64,000 nt of DNA from Mobula hypostoma. Its lineage: Eukaryota. Below the pieces are notes generated by a model, which was not told the DNA's origin, made no database searches, and saw nothing but the letters and a program-made list of their open reading frames with translations. A program made the position numbers and the translations under genes. Positions 26,243 to 37,462 of this stretch are shown piece after piece. The DNA lies in NCBI RefSeq assembly GCF_963921235.1, contig NC_086108.1:10850001-10914000 (forward strand), in the 5' to 3' direction. The number at the start of each line of letters is the position of its first letter. Positions within the stretch are counted from its first letter, which is position 1.

Positions 26243-28301
26243 CCTCCCATCATGCCCAGATCTCATGTACAAATAAAAGTGTGCAAGCTGTGTAAACAAA
26301 GCACGAATAGAAAAAGCTATCGTTGTAAAAAACGTGCTGGGAATACTCAAAGGCCAGGTAGGTTCTGTGAAGAAAAAGTATAACTTAGACCTTTTGAACA
26401 CCTGACCATAAGGGATAGGGGAAGAATTTGGCCACTCAGCCCATTGTGTCTGCTCTCCCATTCCATTGTAGCTGATTTATTATCCCTCTCAACCCCATTC
26501 TCCTGCCTTCTCCCCGTACCTTTTGACACCCTGACTAATCAAGAACCTGTGAACTTCTGTTTTGAATATCAAAGTTCAAAGTACATTTATTATCAAAGTA
26601 TGGATACATTGTGCAAATGTGAGATTTGTCTCATAACAGGCAGCCACAAAGCAAAGAAACCCAAAAGAACGCATTACAAGAAAGACTGTTGAACACCCAA
26701 GGTGCAGAGAGAAAAAAAACAAATCATGCAAAATATAAATGCAAGCAATTAGCATTCTGAACTGAAGTCCACAGAGAGAGTCTGTGCACAGACCCTTAGT
26801 TCAGCGCCAAGTGGAGTAGTGAGCTAAACTGGCCCATCCCTCAGCAACACCCTGACTTTATCAATCTGGCCCAGTGGCTAAATGGTCGTCCAAGTATCGG
26901 GTTCAGTCACTTTGATACAGTCTGGGATCTGACCCCGCCACCTTGATTTGACCTGTACCCGACCTTACTGATTTGGTCTAGTGCTTAAACTGATCAAACC
27001 TCAGGTCTTCTTCATTCTTGGTGATGGGCCCACTGCCTTGTCTTGCTTTGATTCCACCACATCGAATTGCCTCAAGTCTAAAGGGAAATTACAGACTATT
27101 AGTTGCGATGGTCATTTTCCAGAAAAGGAGCAATCAGCAAAGTATTTTGGTGAGGTATTGGTTGGACCGCTCTATGTCTGAAACTTCCCCCTTGACCTTA
27201 CCGACATGGGTGACCTTTCTAAGCATCAGATGGCATTGCTCTCGGGATCTCAGCAGCTCACAAATCTCTCCACCATGACAAGGTGATGAACTTCGGAGAA
27301 GATCCATGCTCCATAAATCTCATACTGTCTTTCCCCACACTTGCTCCCCCACCCACACCCAATGAGTGCACGACTGTTCAGTTCTGGCATCTTTCAACCT
27401 GCGCAGCGAAAACAGTCTGGTTTCTCACCCTATCTGTATCTCTAATCACAAACACAACATTTGCACATCTGCTGCCTGGAGTCCTATACTGGAACCTTGA
27501 CCCACAACAAAACCTGCAGCTGTCCACACTCCTTCCAACTGCTCCTGACCTTTGATTTCTGCTTTCTGCAATTTGCATTTTTCTCATTTTAAATTTCTGG
27601 ATAATCATTGAAGTTTTTATAAAGGATGCTAATTGGCAGAGTACAGACCGCTCCAGGTCCCTTTCTGTGCCATGTTACAAAGAGTCTGTGAAGATTAAAC
27701 TGGAAGTCCTTCTAATTTCTAGTGTTGCTGGTGGCTTTTTGTTGCATGTCGGTAGCGGCAATTTCCCAGATCCCTTCCAGGTTAAATTACGTACTTGCAG
27801 TTACATTGCACAGACCTCTAACATTAAAAAAGCAAGCTTGTGGCAATGCAGAACCTAAATGTCAAAATGTAAAACTCTGTAATAATGTCATTTGGTATAG
27901 TTCAAGCAGTGAAATTTCAATAATTTTACTTCTAAAGACTTTGGAAACTTTGATCTATTGTTCTGGTTTCCAGCACTGGTTAGTTTCTAGTTACTAAGTC
28001 TAGTAATTGACTGCATGTTCCTTCTATAGTCATTACGCTAGACAACAATTTTTTTCAAAAGTGTTGCTTCTTCAGGATTTTTTTTTGATTATGATTGAAG
28101 CTGAACACAAATATAATTTCAGACCATTTGTATCATGTTGAAATTTAGAGAGACAAGAAATGAACTTTTATTGAATATAATGCATTTAATTGCATAACAG
28201 TGCTGATGCTTTGCAATATTTTAACTAAGCTAAAATAAACTAAGCTAAAATTTTCATTTGTACTCAGTGGCTGAGGCTTTTCACTTAAGTGTCCAACAAT
28301 A

Positions 28302-28818
28302 GATGTCAAGATGTCAACAAAATTGAGAGTGTACAGAGAAGATTTACTAGAATGTTACCTGGGTTTCATCTCCTAAGTTACAGAGAAAGGTTGAACAAGT
28401 TGGGTCTTTATTCTTTGGAGCGTAGAAGGTTGAGGGGGGACTTGATAGAGGTATTTAAAATTATGAGGGGGATAGATAGAGTTAACATGGATAGGCTTTT
28501 TCCATTGAGAGTGAGGGAGATTCAAACAAGAGGACATGAGTTGAGAGTTAAAGGGCAAAAGTTTAGGGTAAAATGAGGGGGAACTTCTTTACTCAGAGAG
28601 TGGTAGCTGTGTGGAACGAGCTTCCAGCAGAAGTGGTTGAGGCAGGTTCGATGTTGTCGTTTAAAGTTAAATTGGATAGATATATGGACAGGAAAGGAAT
28701 GGAGGGTTATGGGCTGAGTGCAGGTCGGTGGGACTAGGTGAGAATAAGAGTTCGGCACGGACTAGGAGGGCCGAGATGGCCTGTTTCCGTGCTGTAATTG
28801 TTATATGGTTATATGGTT
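28302..28818 (+). mobile_element. Young CR1 3' fragment
   Basis: ESVQRRFTRMLPG...LERRRLRGDLIEVFKIM; (TATATGGT) tail; AATA duplicated at 28298-28301 and 28819-28822. Confidence 0.92.
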
Positions 28819-29014
28819 AATAATCAGCCAGCATTGATAGATTCCAGTTGCCCTGATACCGTTTTTCCATGGCCACAATGTCCTGGTGAAACCTTTCACC
28901 ATGTTCGTCACGGACAGCACCAAGATTTGCAGGGAAGAAATCTAAATGGGAATGCAGAAAATGAATCTTCAGTGACATGTTGCACTTCATGGTTTTGCAT
29001 GCTTGAAGCATGTT

Positions 29015-29639
29015 AGTCATAGTCATAATCATAGTCATACTTTATTGATCCCAGGAGAAATTGGTTTTAGTTACAGTTGCACCATAAGTAATAAATAGTA
29101 ATAGGACCATAATTAGTTAAATAGTAATATGTAAATTATGCCAGTAAATTATGAAATAAGTCCAGGACCAGCCTATTGGCTCAGGGTGTCTGACCCTCCA
29201 AGGGAGGAGTTGTAAAGTTTGATGGCCACAGGCAGGAATGACTTCCTATGATGCTCTGTGCTGCATCTCAGTGGAATGAGTCTCTGGCTGAATGTACTCC
29301 TGTGCCCACCCAGTACATTATGTAGCGGATGGGAGACATTGACCAAGATGGCATGCAACTTAGACAGCATCCTCTTTTCAGACACCACCATGAGACAGTC
29401 CAGTTCCATCCCCACAACATCACTGGCCTTACGAATGAGTTTGTTGATTCTCCTGGTGTCTGCTACCCTCAGCCTGCTGCCCCAGCACACAACAGCAAAC
29501 ATGATAGCACTGGCCACCACAGACTCGTAGAACATCCTCAGCATCGTCCGGCAGATGTTAAAGGACCTCAGTCTCCTCAGGAAATAGAGACGGCTCTGAC
29601 CCTTCTTGTAGACAGCTTCAGTGTTCTTAGACCAGTCCA
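29015..29639 (-). mobile_element. Rex1/Babar LINE 3' fragment with (GACTAT)n tail
   Basis: Open ORF LDWSKNTEAVYKKGQSRLYFLRRLRSFNICRTMLRMFYESVVAS...SFLPVAIKLYN. Confidence 0.88.
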
Positions 29640-30200
29640 GACAGATGACACTGGACAACAAAAGTGTTGCTTTCTGAATACTTTCAGGTGCATCTTATGG
29701 ATTTTGGGCTGCTTAACATGAAAATCACTATGAAATGTCCCTATCGAAACATCATTTTTTTGAAACCTCCTGTATTTGTTATTTCAATTCATAATTCAAG
29801 TCAGAATAACTGATGCCAAGATTAAGGAAGGCATTTCTGTGGTCCACAAATGTTGTCAACCAGCTGCACATAGTTTGGTGCTCTGTAGTTGCCAAGAAAA
29901 TTTTCAATAACATCCTTGAATGCCTTCCATGTGATTTTCTCCAGTCCCACTATTAGTTCTTTGAATTGCCTATCATTGATGACCTGTTTGATTTGTGGAC
30001 TACAGAAATGCCTTCCTTAATCTTGGCATCAGTTATTCTGACTTGAATTATGAATTGAAATAACAAATACAGGAGGTTTCAAAAAAATGATGTTTCGATA
30101 GGGACATTTCATAGTGTTTCATGTTAAGCAGACCAAAATCCATAAGATGCACCTGAAAGCATTCAGAAAGCCACACTTTTGTTGTCCAGTGTCATCTGTC
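29640..30200. repeat. Inverted duplication: arms 29640-29851 and 29991-30200, 139-bp spacer
   Basis: The arms are reverse complements with about 4 substitutions and one 2-bp indel by eye. Confidence 0.92.
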
Positions 30201-30409
30201 CAAACCTTTAACCATCTGCTGTAACAGTTCTTGCATCTCCATACTTTAACCATTTGCTGTATCAATGGTGAGGCATTGATATCTGAAGCACTACACCAAG
30301 TATATTTTCCTCTCATCTGTGAGCTGTCCTAGGAACTCATAAGAACATAAGAAATAGGAGTAGGAGTAGGCCATCCAGCCCATCGAGCCTACCTGCAAAT
30401 TCACATTTG

Positions 30410-30690
30410 TTCAATTATTTATTGAGATACAACACGGAATAGAACCCCCCACCCCGGCCCTTCAAACCACACCACCCAGTAATCCTCGATTTTATCCTAG
30501 CCTAATCATGGGACAATTTACAATGACCAATTAACCTACCAACTGGTACGTCTTTGGACTGTGGGAGGAAACTGGAGCAACCGGAGGAAACCCATGCAGT
30601 CATAAGGAGAACATAGAAACTCATTAAGGATAACAGTGGAAATTGAACTCGGGTCACCGGTAATATAAAGCATGTTGCTAACCACTAAAA
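30410..30690 (-). mobile_element. V-SINE (HE1-like)
   Basis: Minus strand contains GGGTTTCCTCCGG.TGCTCC.GTTTCCTCCCACAGTCCAAAGAC (V domain) and a decayed tRNA-like head. Confidence 0.75.
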
Positions 30691-30694
30691 ATCC

Positions 30695-31590
30695 AAAGTT
30701 CTAAGTAAATTTTATTATGAAAGTACATATATGCCACCATATACATATCTTGGGCCGACTCAGCAAATCTGTAGAATAGTAACTATAACAGAATCAATGA
30801 AAGATCAACCAGAGTGTAGAAGACAACAGATTGTGCAAATACAAAAATAAGAAATAATAATAATAAATAAAAAAGGATTAAATATCAAGAACATGAGATG
30901 AAAAATCCCATTGGTTGTGGGAACATTTCAATGATGGGGCAAGTGAAGTTGAGTGAAGTTATCCCCTTTGGTTCAAGACCCTGATGGTTGAGGGGTAGTA
31001 ACTGTTCCTGAACCTGGTGGTGTGAGTCCTGAGGCTCCTGTACCTTCTACCTGATAGCAGCAGCCAGAAGAGAGCATGTCCTGGGTGGTGGGGGTCCCTG
31101 ATGATGGATGCTGCTTTCCTGCGACAGCATTTCATGTAGATGTACTTAGTGGTGGGGAGGACTTTACCCGTGATAGACTGGGCCGTATCTACTAATTTCA
31201 AGGTCATTGATGTTTCTATTTCAGGCTGTGATGTAGCCAGTCAATATACTCTCCACCATATATCTATTAAAGTTTGTCAAAGTTTTAGATATCGTGTAGA
31301 AGCTCTGCAAACTCCTAAGGACATCTAGAGGCACTTCTGTGTTCCCATTATAATTGACTTACATGCTGGGCCCAGGACAAATACTCTGAAGGAATAACAC
31401 ATTGGAATATAAAGTTACTGACTCTCTCCACCTCTGACCCTCCAATGAGGACCTCTGGTTTCCATCTCTAGAAGACTACAATCAGTTCCTTGGTCTTACT
31501 GACATTGAGTGAGAGGTTGTTGTTATAACACCACTCAGCCAGATTTTCATTCTCTCTCCTATGTACTGATTCATCAGTGCCTTTGATTCA
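30695..31590 (-). mobile_element. Rex1/Babar LINE 3' fragment
   Basis: ORF 30959-31207 KAASIIRDPHHPGHALFWLLLSGRRYRSLRTHTTRFRNSYYP. Confidence 0.8.
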
Positions 31591-31871
31591 GTTTGAGGTT
31601 GGGTCAACATGAATCACATCCAGAGCTAAAGGCACTCGATGAGTCTTTAAGGGGGCCAAGAGCAACACATATTAAATTTGAGCTTGATATCAAACAGCTA
31701 GTCCTTTGTGATTTACCCACCTCCTTATCCATTGCTGCAGCTGGGAACAATTTGTCTATCAAACCATGACTGTTGATGTCCAGAGCAGAGAATATAGAGT
31801 ATTACAGCACAATACAGGTCCTTCAGCCCATGATGCTGTGCTAAACTTTTAACCAAAACAACAGGAATGGA

Positions 31872-31909
31872 CAGTCAATGTTTTGGGCCGAGACCCTTCA
31901 TCGAGACTG
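31872..31909 (-). ncRNA. Degenerate minimal hammerhead ribozyme motif (within Penelope pLTR ~31860-32065)
   Basis: Minus strand reads CAGTC TCGATGA AGGGTCTCGGCCC AAAA CA TT GACTG; stems I and II intact, core mutated. Confidence 0.6.
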
Positions 31910-32087
31910 AAAAAGAAGGGGGCAGAAGCCAGAATAAGACGTTGGGGGGAAGGGAAGGAGTACAAGCTGGCAGGTAATTGGTGAGACCAGATGAGTGGGG
32001 AAAGAGGGATGAAGTGAGAATATAGTTAGGACAGGTAAAGAGCTGAAGAAGATGGAATTCTATATTAAAGGGTCAATAGATACAACC

Positions 32088-32370
32088 TTTTATTTATTTA
32101 TTGAGATACAGCACAGAATAGGCTCTTCCGGCCCTTTGAGAGTCACTGCCCAACAATCTCCCAATTTAATCCTAGCCTAACCACAGCAGTTTACAATGAC
32201 TAATCAACCTACCAACCAGTACGTCTTTGGACTGGGGGAAGAAATTGGAGCACCCGGAGGAAACCCACGTGGTCGTAGGAAGAACGTACAAACTCCTTAC
32301 GGGCAGCGTTGGGGATTAAACCCGTATTGCTCGCACTGTAAAGCATCGTGCTAACCACTATGTTCCCATT
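32088..32370 (-). mobile_element. V-SINE (HE1-like)
   Basis: GGAGCACCCGGAGGAAACCCACG V domain; TAGTGGTTAGCAC A-box-like head on the minus strand. Confidence 0.75.
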
Positions 32371-32405
32371 CCACCCTCAACAAACACTGGAAACCTCCTC
32401 AATAA

Positions 32406-33952
32406 ACGCTCAGCGGCAACTTTATTAAATACTTCCTGTACCTAATAAAGTGCCCACTGAGTGTACATTCATGGTCTTTTGCTGTTGTAGTCCATCCACT
32501 TCAAAGGTTGACATATTGTACATTCAGAGATGCTCTTATTCACACCGCTGTTGTAACATGTGGTTATCCGAGTTACTGTCACCTTCTTGTCAGCTTAAAC
32601 CATTCTGGCCATTCTCCTCACACACAAAGTGCTGGAGGAAATCAGCAGGCCAGACAGCATCTATGGAAAAAATGTACTTTTTTTTCTGCTGGAACTGTGT
32701 TTCTCGGATTTCCAGCATCTGTAGATTTTCTCTTGTTGGCCAATCTCCTCTGACCTTTCTCATTAACATGGAGTTCTTGACCACAGAACTGGTGTTTTTG
32801 CACCATTGTCTGTAAATTCTAGAGACACTTGTGCATGAAAATTCTGGGAGATCAGCAGCTTCTGAGATGCTCAAACCACCCCATCTGGCACCAACAATCA
32901 TTCCATGGTCAAAGTCACTTAGATCACATTTCTTCCCCATTCTGATGTTTGGTCTGAGCAACAATGGAGCCCTTGACCATGTCTGCATGCTTTTATACAT
33001 GGAGTTGCTGCCATTTGATTGGCGGATTATGTGCATTCCTTCAGCCTGTGAGACTAATGAATACCCTGCCATCAGCGTGATCTTGTCATGAGGACAGTGA
33101 GCTATTTACTGTTTACTGCACACTACATACATTTTGAATTATACTTTATTTATGGTAATTGTTGTGACGTGAACAAAGTCACTGGACAGACACTGAAGCT
33201 AATGGATACAGAAGTGTTTTATTCAACAAAAACAAACAGCAGGCATCATATTCAGACACTTTTGGAGAAGACGGCCTCCCGACCCAATATTACTTGACAC
33301 TTTTACATACTGAAGATCAATTATGAAGGACAATTCTATAGTTACAATGTATCTACAATGCATCCTCTAAATTACAAATAGTTTTTACACACCTCCTTCT
33401 TGGCACCTTCTTTTCACCCACACTCTAGACAGCTAAAAATGAATGTTAACCTCCACTGACTCCAGGCCACATTGAACTGAAATGAATTGACTTTATTTCT
33501 TACATCCTTCACATACATGAGGAGTAAAAATCTTTACGTTATGTCTCAGTCTAAATGTGTAATGTGCAATCATAGTAATTTATAATAAATAGAATAGTCA
33601 ATGTAACATATAAATACACTCAAATCAGCGTGAGTTAATCAGTCAATCATATGCATGAGTTGCTTCACGCAGTTGGAGGTATCTGAGGTCTAATTGTTCT
33701 GAGCTGCATTTTAAATGCAGTCGGCAATGTACATCCAAGTCTGAAGACTGGTTGCTGGTAAAATTAATTTTTGTTGTATACCCTAACTCCAGATTAAGCC
33801 CTAACAGTAATATTTTGTTTTATGTGTTGTGTGTGTGATATGTTCAGTGGGTGCGCTGTGGTCTGGAGAAACATTGTTTCGTTTGGTTGTACAGTCAGAT
33901 GACGATAAATTTGAACTTAAGCATGTACCTAATAAAGTTACTGCTGAGTATA
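32406..33952 (-). mobile_element. Internally deleted Tc1 transposon with nested inserts
   Basis: MGKKCDLSDFDHGMIVGARWGGLSISEAADL..FS.TSVSRIYRQW (Tc1 HTH N-terminus); TIR-like GTACCTAATAAAGT..C.CTGAGT at 32440-32463 and 33925-33950. Confidence 0.8.
33160..33806 (-). mobile_element. Solo LTR with 5-bp TSD GTAAT
   Basis: TGTT...AACA termini; GTAAT at 33155-33159 and 33807-33811; AATAAA on the minus strand near 33220; probable small LINE-tail insert at ~33472-33645. Confidence 0.75.
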
Positions 33953-33955
33953 TTT

Positions 33956-34265
33956 TTATATAGGCATCCATTAGTCTCATGAGACCATGGATTTGCGCTT
34001 TGGAAGGTTTCCAGGGTACAGGCCTGGGCAAGGATGTATGGAAGACCAGCAGTTGCCCATGCTGCAAGTCTCCCCTCTCCACACCACCGATGTTGTCCAA
34101 GGGAAGGGCACCAGGGCCGATACAGCTTGGCACCGGTGTCGTCGCAGAGCAATGTGTGGTAAAGTGCCTTGCTCAAGGACACAACACGCTGCCTCAGCTG
34201 AGGCTCGAACTAGCAACCTTCAGATCACTAGACCGACGCCTTAACCACTTGGCTACGCGCCAACA
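33956..34265 (-). mobile_element. Full-length tRNA-derived SINE with 12-bp TSD
   Basis: Head GGCGCGTAGCCAAGTGGTTAAGGCG (A box) and AGTTCGAGCC (B box); CTGAGTATATTT at 33944-33955 and 34266-34277. Confidence 0.88.
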
Positions 34266-34574
34266 CTGAGTATATTTAAACCACATACATTTGACCAGTT
34301 TACTGGAGAGTTTTTGTTTGAATAAAATAAACTTCATTCACAATACAGAATCATTTACAGGAATAAACTGTTACATGGGTTCCCATTCTTTACACAATGG
34401 TCAATGCTTTCCAAACTCTTCTCACACTGCCGCCACTCATGGAGCAGTTTGGGGTTTGTATATTAAATATTACAGTGATTTCCCCCAGCCTCTCAACAGG
34501 AAAACAACCCCTGCACTGTGGTTCTTCCCCACTGAGCCTCGGTGGTGGCTGCATTGAGCTTCACTGTGCCTCTC

Positions 34575-35170
34575 AGCATGGACTGCCCCGGTCCCAACAT
34601 CGTGATGCAGCTATAAAGAAGGCAAGGCAGCAGCTATATTTCACTAGGAGTTTGAGGAGACTTGGCTTGTCACCTAAAACACTTGAAAATTTCTACAGAT
34701 GTACCATGGAGACCATTCTCATTGGCTGCATCAACATCTGGTATTTGGGAGGGAGAGGCACTGCACGGGATCGAAGTAAGCTGTACAAACTTGCAAACTT
34801 AGTCAGCTCTATCATGGGCTCATAGTATCCAAGACGTCTTCAAGGAGCAGTGCCTCAAAAAGGTGGTGTCCATTATTAAGGATCTCTGTGGTACAACATC
34901 TTCCAGTACAAGAGGTACAGAGCCTGAAGGCACAAACTCAACAACTCAGTTTTCCCCTCTGCCATCTGATTTCTGAATGGATATTGAATCCATGAACACA
35001 ACCTCACTACTTTTTATTTTCTGTTTTATTAACTATTTAATATACATATGTAGTCTTCCTGTAATCCAGTTTTTTTTCTATATTATCATGTACTGCATTG
35101 TACTGCTGTCACCAAGACAAAAAATATCATGACATGTGCTGGTGATATTAATCCTGCTTCTGACTCCGAC
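34575..35170 (+). mobile_element. Rex1/Babar LINE 3' fragment
   Basis: IKKARQQLYFTRSLRRLGLSPKTLENFYRCTMETILIGCINIWY. Confidence 0.82.
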
Positions 35171-35171
35171 C

Positions 35172-35500
35172 TACTCCTGCAGCGTGGAATATCCTGACGT
35201 TCTCCTGCACTATTCCTCCACAGACATCCCAATGTGCTGGTTGACCAACAAGTTTCGGACTGACCAAATGGCGTCATTCGCCAATTTGATGATCTGCCAG
35301 CAGCTCCTGATTTTTGTCTCCATGTGGGTGTCCGGGAACAGAGGTCAGAGAGTTCTCTGCCACGCAGCTGCCGGGGATGAAATGGGACCCAAGCCCATCA
35401 TCTTCCTCCACACCTTCTTCGCAGACCCACAGCGTACGACGAGGTGATTACTGTTTTGTTCCCCCTACAGTCAGCGGGTTGTGGGGAAGATGCTCTGGGC
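35172..35500 (-). mobile_element. Decayed Tx1/L1-like ORF2 C-terminal remnant
   Basis: Minus-strand reading CGG.ETVIHLVVRCGSAKKVW...CWQIIKLANDAIWSVRNLLV resembles the Tx1 zinc-finger region; frameshifted. Confidence 0.6.
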
Positions 35501-35529
35501 ATGCAGGAGGGATCTGACTGAAGCAGGAG

Positions 35530-35785
35530 AGCACAAGCAGCTGGCACAACACCCTAAGTACAAGTGGCTCGGATTCAGTTCCTGCTGCTGCCTGTAAGGA
35601 ATTTGTATGTGACCGTGTGGGTTTCCTCCGGGTGCTCTGGTTTCCTCCCACAGTCCAAAGACTTACCTGTTGGCGATTGGTCATTGTAAATTGGCTACGA
35701 TTAAATCAGGGGATTTCTGGACAGTGCAACTCGAATGCCAGAAGAGCCTATTCCACACTGAACCTCCATCAATACATAAATAAAG
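35530..35785 (+). mobile_element. V-SINE (HE1-like)
   Basis: GTGGGTTTCCTCCGGGTGCTCTGGTTTCCTCCCACAGTCCAAAGAC. Confidence 0.75.
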
Positions 35786-36179
35786 AAAAAAATCAGTTTG
35801 TCAGCTTCCACAGCTCTGCACTGGATGTTATTTCTGTCATTTCTTTCCCTGCTGCCTATTTAATTCTTCTGAAGCTGACTTGATATTATTTGCAGTCATT
35901 TCATTATGCAAATTTCCCTTTGCTGATTACTCCTAATCCTTTGATTGGCTGCTTGTATTTTGTTAGCCCGATAGTGACCTCAATGATTTCCATTTTCATG
36001 CTTTGTGCAAACAGCAATTCCTTTCTCCTGTGACCGGCGTGAATACATTTCGGTGAGGCTGTAATCTACTTCTTGCAGCAACAAAGGAGTTGAAAACTTT
36101 AGCAAAGCACACACAGTGCTGGAGCGACTCAGCAGCGCTTAGGCAGAGGAGCAGGAGGCCTTTCAATCAGAGACATCCA

Positions 36180-37462
36180 GTCATAGGCACATCTAAAACA
36201 TTCTGTAAAGCAAAGATACCTTCAAAAATAATGAATTGAAAAGCTTCTACATATAAAAAATACTATAAAGAGCATAAATAGTAAATAACTAAATCAAATC
36301 AATATTTGATGTGGCCACCGTTTGCCTTTAAAACCTCATCAGTTCTCTTAAGTACACTATTGTGCAGTTTTATGAGAAAATTGGTTGGTGGGTTGTTCCA
36401 AGCATCTTGGAGAACTTGGCACAGCTCTTCTGCAGACTTTGGCTGTCTCCCTTGTTTCTGTCTCTCTGAACAATCCCAGACAACCTCTGGTTTACGACGG
36501 CATTACTGAAGATGTTCGAAAGCTTACTGGTAGTTCAAAATGCAAGAAATACAACTAAAAACATTGTTAATTACATCTTTTCTGAGGTAACCTGTGGTAA
36601 ACTATCACCACAAACAATGACGAGGCAAGTGGAGGTGAAGCAGACTCGAGGGATGAGCCGTGCTGGTGCGTTGCAAAATCAGGCCACAACGTGTACGAGG
36701 TAGTTTTGGAGATGGAGATAGAGTTGGAGAGAACGATTCAAAGAGGAGTCAAGGTGGAGAAGTTTTTATGCCCGTCCACCTAAATCGGGTGCAAGGTTGG
36801 ATTGCTCTAAATGCTCAGAAAATTTGGAGAGGTCAACAACGGCTTTGGGCTGGGCGGCAAGGTCTTGGCCTTGCACCAGGGCCCGGCAGCACACGACCCG
36901 TTGTTTGAACAACTGCAACGCTGGCCCGGATAGACTGGAAAAGCTGGAAGTTGGAACCAGGGGTGAAGGTCGGGTCGATTTTGCTCGCTCTCCCTTGAAT
37001 CTCACTCCTCTTTCCACGGTGCTGAGGCTGTGAGTCTGCTCCCGCTGATATGCATTTCATGTCAGCAAACTTCATGGTGGTTTGCCCCGCTATATGATGA
37101 ACTGAGACCGAGGCTTTGGGCCTATTCCGATTGCTCCAGGAGTTGTGGCCTGTGGGCTCAAATTGATTCGGAACGCTGTTGCTCGCTTCTATTGCATGTT
37201 CTGTGTTTTTTCTCTTCCTCTGCACATTAGGTGTTCATCTTGTTTTTTAATTTGGTTCTTCTAGGTTTCTTTCTTTTTGGCTGAGTAGCAAACAAATCTC
37301 AAGGTTGTATAATTTACACAAGGTTTGATAATAAATGTACTTAAATGTACCTTTGAATCTTTGACAGCCTTGATGATGTTGAGATCAGGGATCTGTCGAG
37401 GCCATACCACCTGAAATCATATACAAAGTCTAGGATGCCTAGGACCATTGCACAGGACAGTA
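36180..37462. mobile_element. Non-autonomous Tc1-like element (homologue of 11975-12329) split by a retroposon
   Basis: Collinear with 11975-12329 over 36200-36486 and 37363-37462. Confidence 0.7.
36487..37362 (+). mobile_element. Apparently full-length non-autonomous retroposon with 8-bp TSD
   Basis: GACAACCT (36479-36486) / GACAGCCT (37363-37370); ends ATAATAAATGTAC...TTTGAATCTTT. Confidence 0.7.

Larger units (their letters stand above)
28036..30191 (-). mobile_element. Non-autonomous Chapaev3-type DNA transposon (second copy), interrupted by CR1 and Rex insertions
   Basis: Termini CGCTAGACAAC / GTTGTCCAGTG; flanks TTA/TCA; CNMSLKIHFLHSHLDFFPANLGAVRDEHGERFHQDI in ORF 28817-29038. Confidence 0.75.

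Noticed and set aside
34190..34265. tRNA gene
   Set aside because: It is the head of a SINE: it continues into a body, is flanked by a 12-bp TSD and shows no clear acceptor stem
35136..35447. 103-aa ORF with a signal-peptide-like start
   Set aside because: It begins in a Rex tail and is antisense to a Tx1-like remnant
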